From Octopus sinensis (Eukaryota), in contig NC_043015.1 in NCBI RefSeq assembly GCF_006345805.1, forward strand, positions 32,178,001-32,242,000: a stretch of DNA of 64,000 nucleotides, given 5' to 3'. Numbering within the stretch: the first letter of the stretch is position 1; each line of letters opens with the position of its first letter. Of this stretch, positions 12,994 through 24,607 are shown in pieces. A program made the translations under genes and the position numbers. The notes under the pieces are model-generated. The model searched no databases, was not told the origin of the DNA, and saw only the letters and a program-made list of their open reading frames with translations.

Positions 12994-13498
12994 CTAGAAA
13001 ACACAACAAATCCTTTTAAAAAAAGAACCCTAAAACATCAGCAGTAATGAGAGTATTTCATTTAATTATATCACCAGAATAAGTTCAAAGGGAACTGTGA
13101 TATTTATGACCTTTCTCCAAGAAAATAAGCGTCTGAAGAAAGTGAAATATCTATAAGGAGTAAAGTAAAAACAGGTCACATGAGTCAGTGAAGGAACTGG
13201 ATGTGGTCATTTCACCAGCTAGAAATAACAGCATTGTTTAACGTCTACTTTTCTATGCTAGCATGGGTTGGACAGAGTTTTATTGAGGTAGACTTTTATA
13301 TGGCCAGTTGCCTCTCCTGTGTACACAGTCACGATTGCAAGAATTTTGTCCTTTTAGCTCAGTTAATGACCTCATGACCCATCATCAAATACTACATAAA
13401 TGCATGCAGTGAAAACGGGCAGCATCGATATAGTAAAGAGAGCAAGTAGATAAGGATTTAAAACAAGAAATAATCAATCAATAAAAGTAAATTCTTAC

Positions 13499-13599
13499 TT
13501 TGATTTTGTCAGCATCCATGGGTGTGTTTGCAACAAGAATCTTGGCATTTTCTATCCTTTTAGGTTGGTTGACACCAATCTTTTTGTCAAGAAGGAAAC
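13499..13599 (-). CDS. CCT2: CCT2 exon 9 ([34 protein letters not shown])
   Basis: cag/gtaag, 101 nt. Confidence 0.98.
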
Positions 13600-14554
13600 C
13601 TGAAAAGAGGAATGCAATTCAAAATTAATATGAGAAAACTAAAGGGAGATGAAACCTACTTTTATAGATGCTGGTACAGCTGTGCTTCTAAATCAGAACC
13701 ACAGGTGTAAACCCTTTACCACTGCAGACCCAGAAGTGGGTTGATGGGGTGCCAGGTGCTGGCAAGCTGGAGGGCGGCACCAGGCACCAGTCATGGCATT
13801 GTTTCTACAACTGGATGCCCTTCCTAATACCAATCACTTTACAGATTGCTTTTTTATGTGCTGCCAAAATAATATCACTACACAGCAATTAGTTCAAACA
13901 GTGGTATCCATTGTCTCCCCTGATGCCATTACCAGAACTTCTGACCAACTAAAATTACCAACTCTATTCCAGCATCACCATTAGAAACCCAACATATATA
14001 CTGAACACTCCATCCACTACTGAATTACACTTCTCTGTAGGAATTTCCAGCTCTTGTTACCAAACCATAACCCCCATCTATCATCACTACTGCCCATCAT
14101 TTAATATCCACTTTGCTATCCCTGCAAGGTCCAGGCATTTCCTGGAAACAAACAGCATCACTGGTATGATGGTGATGCTCATTTATAATAGTTGTATGAT
14201 GTCCAGACAATGGGGGAAAACAAACATGTATTTTTATCGGTTTCAGAGGATGTGGTGATGCTAATGGGTTTCTTCTCATTTCCCTTTACCAAACTCAATC
14301 ACAAAGTGTTAGGTGATCCAGGGCTACGGAAGAAAATACTTGCCCAAGTTGTGGCACAGTGGGAATGAATCCAAGACCATGTGATTGGGAAGAATGCTGC
14401 TCAACCACACCAATTGTAGGGTAAAAAAACAATGACCAAATACTGACTGCCTGAGGCTAGCTGTCCAGTACCTTAAAAATTCAGCCAGTCATGGTCTGAA
14501 CTACAATGGAGTGTTTTCAAATGAGGACCTTGTATTTTAAGATCAAAATTTTAA

Positions 14555-14731
14555 CCCTTTAGTGTTCGCATAATTCTGCCAAAATTAATGCTTCTTCATC
14601 TACATTGTTTTGAATTAATCATGCATTACCTTGTAGCTATGAGATTTTGATGAGGTAGCTGATTGGCCAGTTTGGACATAAAACAGGCAGAATACTTTTG
14701 GCCGGATATGGCCGGTTTAAATGCTAAAGGG
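14555..14731. mobile_element. piggyBac-type MITE
   Basis: TTAA|CCCTTTAG...CTAAAGGG|TTAA; related copy at 20206-20426 and a partial copy near 15113-15240. Confidence 0.8.
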
Positions 14732-14873
14732 TTAAGGAAAATCATATTCCGCAATAAAAACAAAACTGCTCTAATTCTAACCAGAAGCACCATTCAAATA
14801 TTGGTTTAGATGTCTTGAACCTCTCGCTAGAGATTGACACAGTAGCCACATGAACAAACAAAGCATAACTCAC

Positions 14874-14949
14874 CTTCATCAAGATAAGAATCTTTCATTC
14901 CGCTTCCTAACTTCTTAATGATTTGGATGACAGAAATGTCATTGTTTCC
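14874..14949 (-). CDS. CCT2: CCT2 exon 8 (GNNDISVIQIIKKLGSGMKDSYLDEG)
   Basis: cag/gtgagt, 76 nt; IIKKLG..DSYLDEG. Confidence 0.96.
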
Positions 14950-16233
14950 CTGGAATCAAAGGACATTGATTTATGATTAAACATTCTGAAATAATCTTTT
15001 CTATGAAACTAAAAAGAAAATAAAGCCATCACATAGTGTCTTGGAGTCAGACTTAGGACACCATTTCACTGAGGCACCCAACTCATCAAGTGTTACAAAT
15101 TGGTTTTATTTAGCCCTTTAGTGTTCGCATTATTCTACCAAAATTAATGCTTTAATTAATGCTGGTGTGAGAGGCCAGATATTGCCAGTTTGAATATAAA
15201 ACATGTAGAATATCTGGACCAGATATGGCCGGTTTAAACAAGTATACGAGAAGGCATTGGAAATGAAAACACACTTAAGTAACACTCCCTATAACTACAA
15301 CATAATGGACGTTCAGTGTGGTGTCTTGAAGCTAAGAATTTTGTCTTCCCTCAGTCTGGGCAGGGATCAGCAACTTCTCCGTTTTTCCATGCTGACAGAA
15401 GTACATCAAGGCGAGGCCCTTACAGTTGCACATCCTTTCACTAACACTTATTTTTCCAGCCAGGGATTTTTTACTTTACAAACCTTCAAAAATCTCCAGA
15501 AATTTGCACCACTCAGATATCATGTACAATATTGGAGAGTCTAACTCAATTGTTTACATGAAACCAGGTGCTATCACAAATGAGATTTGCATTGAAATTC
15601 TCATTAAAATATTAATAGGTAATTTTGGGTGGTTTGCTAATAATGGCTTCAAATTTTTGGCACAAGACCAGTAATTTCAAGGAGAGGGGATAAATCAACT
15701 GCATCAACCCCAGTGACCAACTGGTACTTATGACTTAAGGCGGCAAGCTGGTAGAAACGTTAGTACGTTGGGCAAAATGCTCAGCGGTATTTCGTCTGCC
15801 GTTACGTTGTGAGTTAAAATGCCGCCGAGGTTGACTTTGCCTTTCATCCTTTCGGGGTCGATATAGTTGACTTAATACCTATGTCTGTCCTTGTTTGTCC
15901 CCTCTATGTTTAGCCCCTTGTGGGTAGTAAAGAAATAGGTACTTATGACTTGTCTTAGGAATAAAGCTATACTCATAGTGTAAAATGAAACTAGTAGAAG
16001 AATAACAGGGATAAATGGCAAAAATCAGTGACATACAAACTCAGAATGAAACTAAATACAACACACCAGTTAGTATGATACTCTGCCAGTTCTGATAATC
16101 CCTCACCCTAAGAGTACTCACATCTTATTAACAGTGTTTGATCCTCATAACATAAAGGGACGTAATTAAACACAACAAGGCATTTTGATCAAAGCCATAC
16201 CACATTACAAAACAACAACAACAATTACAATAC

Positions 16234-16360
16234 CTTGAGTTTGAGAACAGCGTTAACTGCAAGCTCAGCAAAATGGTCACTGTGTTGAGTAAGAATTTTG
16301 GACCCAAGAGTTGTTAGTGCTATGTTCTTTAAATCTTGACGGAATTTTACAGGATCATTA
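16234..16360 (-). CDS. CCT2: CCT2 exon 7 ([42 protein letters not shown])
   Basis: tag/gtattg, 127 nt; phase consistent with both neighbours. Confidence 0.96.
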
Positions 16361-17396
16361 CTACAAATAAGGAAACAATTTGCAATTGGTAAGTATTTTA
16401 TTTGGATACAAACATACAGGAAAAATAGTTACTAGTAGTAGTAGCAGAAATGCAGACACCAAGCTGTAGTCAACTGCTCAAGTCTAGTATGGCTCAGACA
16501 AAATTTGTTGAGGCAGATTTCTTAAGACTAAATGTTTTTGTTGAGCGAGCTGATATTTTCCCTTAGTCTAGATATTTTTTTCACAGAAGATTGTAAACAG
16601 TGATGTTTCTTTATAATTAACACCTGACTTTACACACACACATATATAACAGGCCTTTTTCCATTTTCTATCTAACAAATTTACCCATACAGCTTTGGTT
16701 GGCCTGGTGCTATAGTAGAAGACACAAGCCCAAGGTACTGAGGGCCATGAACGAAATCTGAAACCACATGGTTACAAGGTAAAACTCTTAACTATACAGG
16801 AATGCCTGTGTACGTACAAGCAAGGCATGGTCTCCAACACACCTAAACAGGTAATAACTCCAAATAATAAATTGTAATAACACATCCAGTGCCTGTTAGC
16901 ATCGAAAAATATAGAAAATTATGATTAGGTAATGTACTTTTATATTAATAATGTAAAAATATGTTAAGATAAATAGTAGCTATTGTTTGTTCATTTAGCT
17001 GGTCTGTTTTCCATGCTGGCATGGCTAAGACTGGAGAAAATTGAGAAAGGATTATTATGGCTGGACACTCTTCCTGTTGCCAACACTTGTATCTATAGCC
17101 ATTTATTTATACGTATGTATATTCGTGTCTACTTGTTTTGACATTGTGTGCTTGTTGTAAATGAATCTCAGTCATCATCAATATTCAGCAAAAACATGTC
17201 TGGCCGCGGGGAAATGGATTGGCAACAGGAAGGGCCATAGAAAATCTACCTCGATAAACTCTTAGTAAGAATGGAAAATTGGACGTTGAAACAATGATGT
17301 AACCTACAGTTCATCTAGCAGGTGACGTATTGAACTGGGCCAGATGTGGGCGCACAACATTGAAAAAAGGGGTGACGGAAGTAGTGTGAAACGTAC

Positions 17397-17509
17397 CCGT
17401 TGTCATTTGCTGATTTCTCTAAAACCTCTCTAGCAACAGCAGTTGCTTTCCTCCACCCAGCAATGATGGTCTGTGGATGGATTTTCATGCGGATGAGATT
17501 CTCAGCTTC
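17397..17509 (-). CDS. CCT2: CCT2 exon 6 (EAENLIRMKIHPQTIIAGWRKATAVAREVLEKSANDNG)
   Basis: cag/gtacgt, 113 nt; KIHPQTIIAGWR is CCT2-specific. Confidence 0.98.
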
Positions 17510-18336
17510 CTGAAAATACAAAACACAAGCAACTGATATATATGCAGTGAGAGAAAAATATAAAGGATCATTTATATAACAAAATACCAAATCTGGAAGT
17601 GAGGTTTCATTCTTGTGAAAGCAACAGCAGAGCCATGACCATCACCAAGGACACACTGGATAAAGTCATCTCTCATATACTGCGACAGTGGCAGCTACAA
17701 CACCAACTTTTCAGACACCGATGGTCCTGAACCTTTTGTAATCTGCACTTATTAATAATAGCAGGAACTTTAAGTTTTCATGGTTGCCAGACTAGTTTAC
17801 TGGTACCTTGCACAGTAAGTACTAATAAAACTCATATCGTTTTTACTAATTGTTTTATTCATTTCAGCCCTAAGGTTGTGGCTATGCTGGGGAGTGAACT
17901 CGGAACCTTTCACACACCAAAGTGAACACTCTACCAATGAGCAACATTATTTAAGTTAATTATTTAATTTAGAGTGTATTCATCATGGTGACCATTCCTG
18001 GTTCATAAAAATTGGTAATCTGGAATAGCTTTGGAACAGAAGGTTCCAGAAAAACCAATGTTGTATACATGTATACAACTGCTTAATCAGAGCTGACTTG
18101 AGGTTAAACAAAAGTCAAGTAGAAAAGCCATATACTCAAAGAGATGTCTGGATGGCAGGTTTTCTTTGGAGTAAAATATTTTATACAGCAACTGTATATC
18201 ATTCTTACTGCTAGTCCCCTATCTAGGGAGTAAGGCTAATGGATGCAGTAAGGTTTGAACCTGTAAATTATGAGATCAATAGTCTAGTTTTATGACACAC
18301 AAAACATGCAAGATATTTGGTTGATTTAGGCTTTAC

Positions 18337-18413
18337 CTTTAAAAGTTCACAAGCCAAAACAACAACTGATGTGGTACCATCACCAACTTCATCATCTTGA
18401 ACTCTGGAGATAT
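18337..18413 (-). CDS. CCT2: CCT2 exon 5 ([26 protein letters not shown])
   Basis: cag/gtaaag, 77 nt; GDGTT P-loop. Confidence 0.98.
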
Positions 18414-18799
18414 CTGCAACAAGGAAACAATGATAAAAAAAAATTATACAGATGAACTTCATTTATCTCAATAACTTCCAAGTATGACGCAAAGTCCTTT
18501 TTACAGTGTAGAACCAGAATATTACTGCTGGCAAGCAACTTACAACAAAGAGTGAGTTTCCTGTGAAACACAATTTAATAGTTGTGGCTATAACATACCA
18601 CAAGACTCCAGGGAGGCATGAATACTACAACTCCCCAACACCATAATGTCAAGAGACAATTAGATGCATTGGACACTGTAGTCCTTGACATGCACCCAAA
18701 AGGACATGATGGTTAAGTCCGGAACACCTTTGCTCATAGGTCTGGTTGATCAGAAATGACCCAGGGCTAAAGATTGTACTGTAAAACACCAACACTTAC

Positions 18800-18914
18800 C
18801 AACAAGAACCTTTGCTGCAGGATTATCAACTCCAAGTGACTTAAGAATGGTAGCACCATCATTGGTTACTTCGATGGCATTCTCTCCTCTGCCTTGCTTC
18901 AATAAGATTTTATC
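18800..18914 (-). CDS. CCT2: CCT2 exon 4 ([38 protein letters not shown])
   Basis: tag/gtaagt, 115 nt; TNDGATIL motif. Confidence 0.97.
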
Positions 18915-19078
18915 CTAGCAAAGAGCAAAACAGAAACAAACATGATACAATTAAACTTGATTATAATTAGCAATTAGAAGTGAATCAGAAAAGCTTCAGA
19001 GTTTCGAGAAAGCAAAAAAAATAATTTTGCTATAATATTGATTTAATTTGAAAAGGAAGAAAAAAAGTGAATTCTTAC

Positions 19079-19144
19079 CATTCCTTTTGGTCCCAGGGTA
19101 CTTTTGACTACATCTCCAATAGTAATAGCGCCAGCAAAGTATGA
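19079..19144 (-). CDS. CCT2: CCT2 exon 3 (SYFAGAITIGDVVKSTLGPKGM)
   Basis: cag/gtaag, 66 nt; chaperonin STLGPKG motif. Confidence 0.97.
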
Positions 19145-19191
19145 CTGAAAGATGAGGAGAAAATCATGATCAATTTACAGATTGTCTAAAA

Positions 19192-19370
19192 CAGTGGTTT
19201 ACAACCAGGGTTCCGCCAGAAGTTACAAAAATGCTAAAATCGACAGTAATTTTAAATTCTCCTGTGCAGATATGTGTGCATAAGACTATTAAATTATTGC
19301 ACAGGGGTTCCTCGAGCCAGTGGAATGTTTCCTTGGGGTTCCGCTTCAGCAAAAAGTTTGAAAAGCACTG
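19192..19370. mobile_element. hAT-type MITE
   Basis: CAGTGGTTT...AAAGCACTG termini; perfect 8-bp TSD gtctaaaa (19184-19191 and 19371-19378). Confidence 0.85.
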
Positions 19371-19633
19371 GTCTAAAACAAGGAACAATATTGGTTTCAA
19401 ATTTTGACAACCCCAGAGTTTATAACTGGTATTTATTTTATTGACCCCCGCAAAAGGATAAAAGGCAAAGTCAACCTCAGCAGAAAGCAAAGACTGACAA
19501 AATACCACCAAGCATTTTTCTGTCAGCTCATTGCCTTCACAAGGAACAACATTATTATTAATTCTTTATTGAAATTGAGCAAAATCAAACTGTCATAGTG
19601 TGTGATATACATACATACATATATATATATATA

Positions 19634-19665
<32 letters not shown>

Positions 19666-19767
19666 CTGGAGTAAACACATAAATGTGAAACAAGGTGGGG
19701 AAAAAAGATTACTCAAATACCAGTGGTAGAATAATATGCTTTATTTAAAGCAGCAGAAAATTCAACA

Positions 19768-19811
19768 AAACCTGTTACTCTGAGTTTCACGTTCCCATTC
19801 GTCGGACAGTT
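19768..19811 (-). ncRNA. Minimal type I hammerhead-like motif, CCGACGA core (left arm of fold-back, sense to CCT2)
   Basis: aactgt-CCGACGA-ATG GGAA CGT-GAAA-CTCAGAG-TA|acaggttt. Confidence 0.65.
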
Positions 19812-19823
19812 CGATTCTAGCAA

Positions 19824-19868
19824 AAACTGTCCGATGAACAGGAACGTGAAACTCAGAGTAACAGGTTT
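19824..19868 (+). ncRNA. Minimal type I hammerhead-like motif, CCGATGA core (right arm)
   Basis: aaactgt-CCGATGA-ACA GGAA CGT-GAAA-CTCAGAG-TA|acaggttt. Confidence 0.6.
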
Positions 19869-20902
19869 TGTTGAATTTTCTGCTGCTTTAAATAAAGTAT
19901 ATATATATTTAGATTGAACTGCCATACTTGGTCACCATAGCCAAGACACTATATATCACTATTCAGTTCTCAGTGTAGGTAAAAGCTGCACAAGTATTGA
20001 TTTCATTCCCTCCTGCTGAAATATTTACAAGTGGGAGACTAATCATTTTCCACCAATACACTTACAAACTCATGATGGGCACCAGGCACTGGGGACTGAA
20101 CCAAATTTCTGAAGCACACATTCATGGTTGCATTATTCAAGTGTCATTAAGGATGAAATCAACACTGGATCAATTTTACATTTTAACAATTTTAGATAAT
20201 ATTAACTCTTTAGCTTTTAAACCAGCTGTATTTGGACAAAATATTCTACCCGGTTTATCTTCAAGCCAGCAAGATCTGGCTTCTCACACACATCCTACAA
20301 TGTCATTCAAAAATAAAACAATCACAGAATTGAAATCTCAGAGCCGTGAGATAAGTTTATGGTCAATTCAAAACAATGAAAAGAATTAAGCATTACATTT
20401 GACAGACTAATCTGAATGCTAAATGGTTGACTTAGTAAATCCCAGCTCATTAAAGATTACTGAAGAATGCTATTTCTTTTAACAAAATGTCTGAAGAAAA
20501 ATAGAAAACAAACTGTCCAATTAATGATTATACTCAGTGAAAATATCTATCATTATATATTTTCCCAATGAATATAATGAATCTTGTGTATGACCCCCCC
20601 CTCACTATTTAAATCATATAAAGAAACCAAAAACAACCAAAATATTGTTTCAAATTTTTGCACAAGGCCAGCAACTTCGGGGATGGAGCAAGTCAATTAC
20701 ACTGACCCCAGTATTCAACTGGTACTTATTTTATCGATCCTGAAAGGATGAAAAGAAAAGTCGACTTCAGTGGAGTTTGAACCCAGAACATAAAGACGAA
20801 ATGCTGCCAAGTATTTTGCCCTGTGTGCTCACAATTCTGCCTTAAGAACAACTGAAATATTGTCAATTAATTTACAGGAAGCGATTCATCCAAGATACTT
20901 AC

Positions 20903-20980
20903 AAGACGAGCTATTTCAGACTTTTCCTCCTCAGCGCCAGTGCTGAGAATCTGGACAGGATTCATTGGATTGATATAATT
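20903..20980 (-). CDS. CCT2: CCT2 exon 2 (NYINPMNPVQILSTGAEEEKSEIARL)
   Basis: cag acceptor, gtaagt donor, 78 nt; matches the CCT-beta N-terminus (AEEE..E.ARL). Confidence 0.93.
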
Positions 20981-21169
20981 CTGTTGCAATAAAATAGAAA
21001 TAGAAAAAAATAACAACAAACATTAAATAATGCTATAAACACATGTTCAAAAAGTTTGTACTAAACAGTAATTTTACAACTTAGGGATCTCACCTAGTAT
21101 CCGATTAACCCGTTTGTGACCATATTTCTAATGAATATACTACTTGTGAATTTCCATTTTACTTTTTAA

Positions 21170-21373
21170 CTCTTTCGTTACCAACCCAGCTGAAACTGGC
21201 TCTGTTGTACAAATGTCTTGTTTTCATAAGTTTTTAATCAAAATCTTCCACCAAACTTTATGTTTCTAACACTAGCTTAATGATAGCTAAGTTATTTTAC
21301 TAAATTCTTTGTTATATTTAAAGTAATTGAAAGAAACAGAGAGCATCTCAAAATAAATACAGTAACAAAAGGG
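21170..21373. mobile_element. piggyBac-type MITE, second family
   Basis: TTAA|CTCTTTCGTTAC...GTAACAAAAGGG|TTAA. Confidence 0.75.
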
Positions 21374-21956
21374 TTAAAATAATCAAGAATGTGAAAAGAT
21401 TTAGGTAAATAATTAACTTCAACATTTATTTCTATGTCAAACAGGTGTTTCAGTCTCAGCATATGCTAAGCTAAGGGCACCACCTTTAAAGGTTTTTGCC
21501 AAAGTACCACTAACTTTTGCCAGTTGTGAAGCAAACTTCTTAACCACACAGCTATGAGTGTGTGTAGTACAATGTCATTTTATATCAATGGATAGTAACA
21601 TACTTATAAAGAAAGCAGGCAGAGAGTTTGCCTTCTATGCATCATTTTATATCATTATTATTACAAAATAACAAACATCATAGATTAAGATTGAAGAACA
21701 GATGGGTTGTAATGTTGGTGAAATGAGTCTTAACTAAGAATAAGAGGATATAGGTAACATCGTGTAGGGGTGTGTGTGTGTGCTATCAGAAGTGACAATA
21801 AGAAGGGCACAAATGTATAGACTGAATAATGTGGAAAACAATCAAACCCAGAGGTACACAAGAACTGGTAGAATCTGAGTTGAAGAGATTCTAGTCAACA
21901 TAAGCTGCAATGGGGCAAATGTAGACACTCAGAGATTAGTAGGGGGACTAGTTTAA

Positions 21957-22166
21957 CCCTTTCGTTACCAACCCGGCTGAAACTGTAGTACAAATGTCTT
22001 GTTTTCATAAGTTCTGAATCAAAATCTTCCACCAAACCTTAGTCACAATTTATGTTCCTAACACTAGCTGAATGATAACTAAGTTATTTTACTAAATTCT
22101 TTGTTATATTTAAAATTAATTGAATGAAACACAGAACATCTCAAAATAAATACAGTAACGAAAGAG
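21957..22166. mobile_element. piggyBac-type MITE, second family (direct copy of 21170-21373)
   Basis: TTAA|CCCTTTCGTTAC...GTAACGAAAGAG|CTAA. Confidence 0.75.
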
Positions 22167-24007
22167 CTAACCAGGAAATTCTTTTGGGTGAGAGACAGAA
22201 GCTTCAAGGGTGCAAATTTAGCTAGGAAATTCCCTAAGGTGAGAGATGAATGGTACATGATGTAGGAGAGCAAGTCCATTGCAGACCTGGCTCTATGTAA
22301 ACTGTACTGGTGACCACTGAAGAAGTCTGGACATTTGAGGTGTTGTTTGATTTTAGGTCAGCCCTACTGAATCATGAAACCCTCGCAGTCACCATTCCAT
22401 CTTTTATTCACAATCTTTATTTTGGGCTATGTGATCCAATGTATTTTTTATTTAATGATTAAAGTATGGATTGAAGGGTATTTGGGTGTTGGTTTTAGCA
22501 GGTTGTGACCATACAGATTCCTTTTAAAAGTAGAACCTTTGAAATACTAGAAGTGAGACAAAGTGGCAGCTGGTGGGAAATAAAAAAAGTTGAGCCATTA
22601 TCTGCTTCTACAGCTACAAAAAAAGGGTAAAGACCCCCTCTGGTCATGGATGACCACAGGATTGCACCTAGAAAGTTACTCTCCGAGGAACAAGCCCAGC
22701 AGTTGCCTATGAATACCAGTTTCTCCTCTCCACGCCTGATGCTATCCCAAGGAAAGGCAAGGGCTTGGCACCAATGACGTCACAACTCATTTCTACTGCT
22801 GAGTGGACTGCAGCAATGTGAAATAAAGAGTCTTGCTCAAGAACACAACACGCTGCCTGATCCGTATACAAGCAAGCATTAAAACTTTCCAAAAAAAAAT
22901 GGTTTCTTGACTTGTACCTTACACACAGACACAAACAAAAATTCATACATTGATGTGAATTTAAGCTCAAAGTATTTAGGCATTTTCTGACTGGTCTCAA
23001 AACTTGCACTATAGAAGTGGTTGCTCAACCTGCTGGAAATAGCAGCACCAAAACCTTCTAATTATATCTTAAGTGTCTTGAAAAAGGGAAATACATTATA
23101 CAACATAGGACTATATTTTTAATGCCTAAAAAATTGTTGGCATGTTCAGTGCTAGAATGCCTTTGATCAACTGTCTCAGGGCTAAAAAGTAACAATCACT
23201 AACAGCCTTGTATTTAGAAGCGGCCCTTTACATTTGCCAACTCCGCTAGAGTAAAGGTAGTGAGTAAAATAAAAAGTAACAAATATTAACGTCAACTTAG
23301 GGCGTTAAATGGTGATGATAATTTCTACTTAAGGCTCAGAACGCGGTATTTTATAGAACATGGAATAAATTGAAAATAGTGATCGCAAGAGGTTTTGTGT
23401 TGAGTGAGATGGATTCAAATTAGAATTGCAACCGCACCACAACTCATGTTCCAGGCAGTCTATTTCTGGCTTCACAGTTGTCGCTAAGTTACTGAGACAC
23501 GAGCAAATATATAAGGGACGCACAGGCAACCATGTAAAGGATATACATAATCAATAGTCCCGTTCCACAGTATATTACTGGTACTGTATGTATTATAGTG
23601 ACCGCTCCTCCAACTTCATAAAAAAAGACGATACTGTCAGGATTTGAACTCAGAACGAGTAGGATGAGAAAATAAGTATTGTAATATATTTAGCTTATAA
23701 CTCCCAACTATCATCATCAAAATAACAATGGAGATGATGGGAGGGGGTAATTGATTAGTCATAAAGGCAAACGACATGCAAATCAATACCATTATAAAAA
23801 AAAAATTTCAGACATGGATATAATAACCCTTATTTTTTAGAAAGAAAGAACGAATAGAAGAGTCGATTAAAGCACGACTATCATATTAGATTGAACATGT
23901 TACTAAGTAATTGTTCATCTTGTCGGTACCAGTAATATTTAATGGAATCGAGAGCGAAAGAAACCTAACAATAAATACCGAAAATCATTTTATCTACAAT
24001 CATTTAG

Positions 24008-24241
24008 TTGTGTCTGGGGAGAGTCACTTTCTTTTTGTGCCTTGTAATGTAAAACACTCACCGGTAAAATTTCCACTTTTTTCTTATTTTTATTGTCCTA
24101 AAATTTTCGTTGCCTCTTGCAACCTTTTCAATAGTTTCGACTCTACATAATAAGGCAGAAAAAAGAAAACGACTCTCCCCAGACACAACAGAATATGCTT
24201 CAACACACAAACTCATATAAAGAATCTTGCAAACCAAATCC
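24008..24241. repeat. Two oppositely oriented pieces of a dispersed repeat (core tgtctggggagagtc)
   Basis: Further copies at 24757-24925 and, inverted, at about 50350-50490. Confidence 0.7.
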
Positions 24242-24533
24242 TAATTAATGATAATTAGCAGCTAATGATTATTAATTAATATATAATAGATATTAACAAA
24301 TGACAACAAGAATATGAGTTAAAAATCTAGCAAGAATTGCCGGTAAAGGCGAAGTCTTTGGGTGTCTTTGCCTTTCTTCTCCACCGCGTGGTCTCCAAGA
24401 TGAGACGAAAAGCCCGGTGCCTGCTTCGTCATTGCTTAATTAAGAGGAATGCAGAGGGGAAATTAGCAGATTAGAAAGCAGGTACAGTAAAGAACACTGA
24501 GGTGTAGACAGTATGTGAATTAATAGAACTTGC

Positions 24534-24536
24534 CAT
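24534..24536 (-). CDS. CCT2: CCT2 exon 1, coding part (ATG only), inferred; followed by a GC donor
   Basis: Minus strand reads ...aaacttcacaATG|GCAAGT. It sits just downstream of the HSE/Inr and is in phase 0 with exon 2. Confidence 0.7.
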
Positions 24537-24574
24537 TGTGAAGTTTCTGCTCGAAGGGAAATTTCTTTGCCGTA

Positions 24575-24580
24575 GACTGA
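24575..24580 (-). promoter_or_regulatory. Initiator-like TCAGTC; candidate CCT2 start site near 24578
   Basis: Matches TCAKTY, about 42 nt upstream of the inferred ATG. Confidence 0.4.
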
Positions 24581-24582
24581 GT

Positions 24583-24607
24583 TGAAACTTCTAGAAATCT
24601 CGAGAAG
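24583..24607. promoter_or_regulatory. Heat-shock element: five alternating nGAAn units (one imperfect)
   Basis: tGAAacTTCtaGAAatCTCgaGAAg, directly upstream of a chaperonin first exon. Confidence 0.8.

Noticed and set aside
13355-13420. Box C/D snoRNA in intron 9
   Set aside because: TGATGA and CTGA are too close together, with no terminal stem or convincing upstream C box.
23790-23792. Alternative exon 1, ATG|gtattg
   Set aside because: Formally in phase but in an AT-rich intron-like context with no promoter features; same for ATG|gtgact at 22395-22393. Not excluded without RNA data.
24380-24412. Hammerhead from gtctc-loop-gagac-GAAA in intron 1
   Set aside because: Upstream bases (ccgcgtg) do not resemble CUGANGA.
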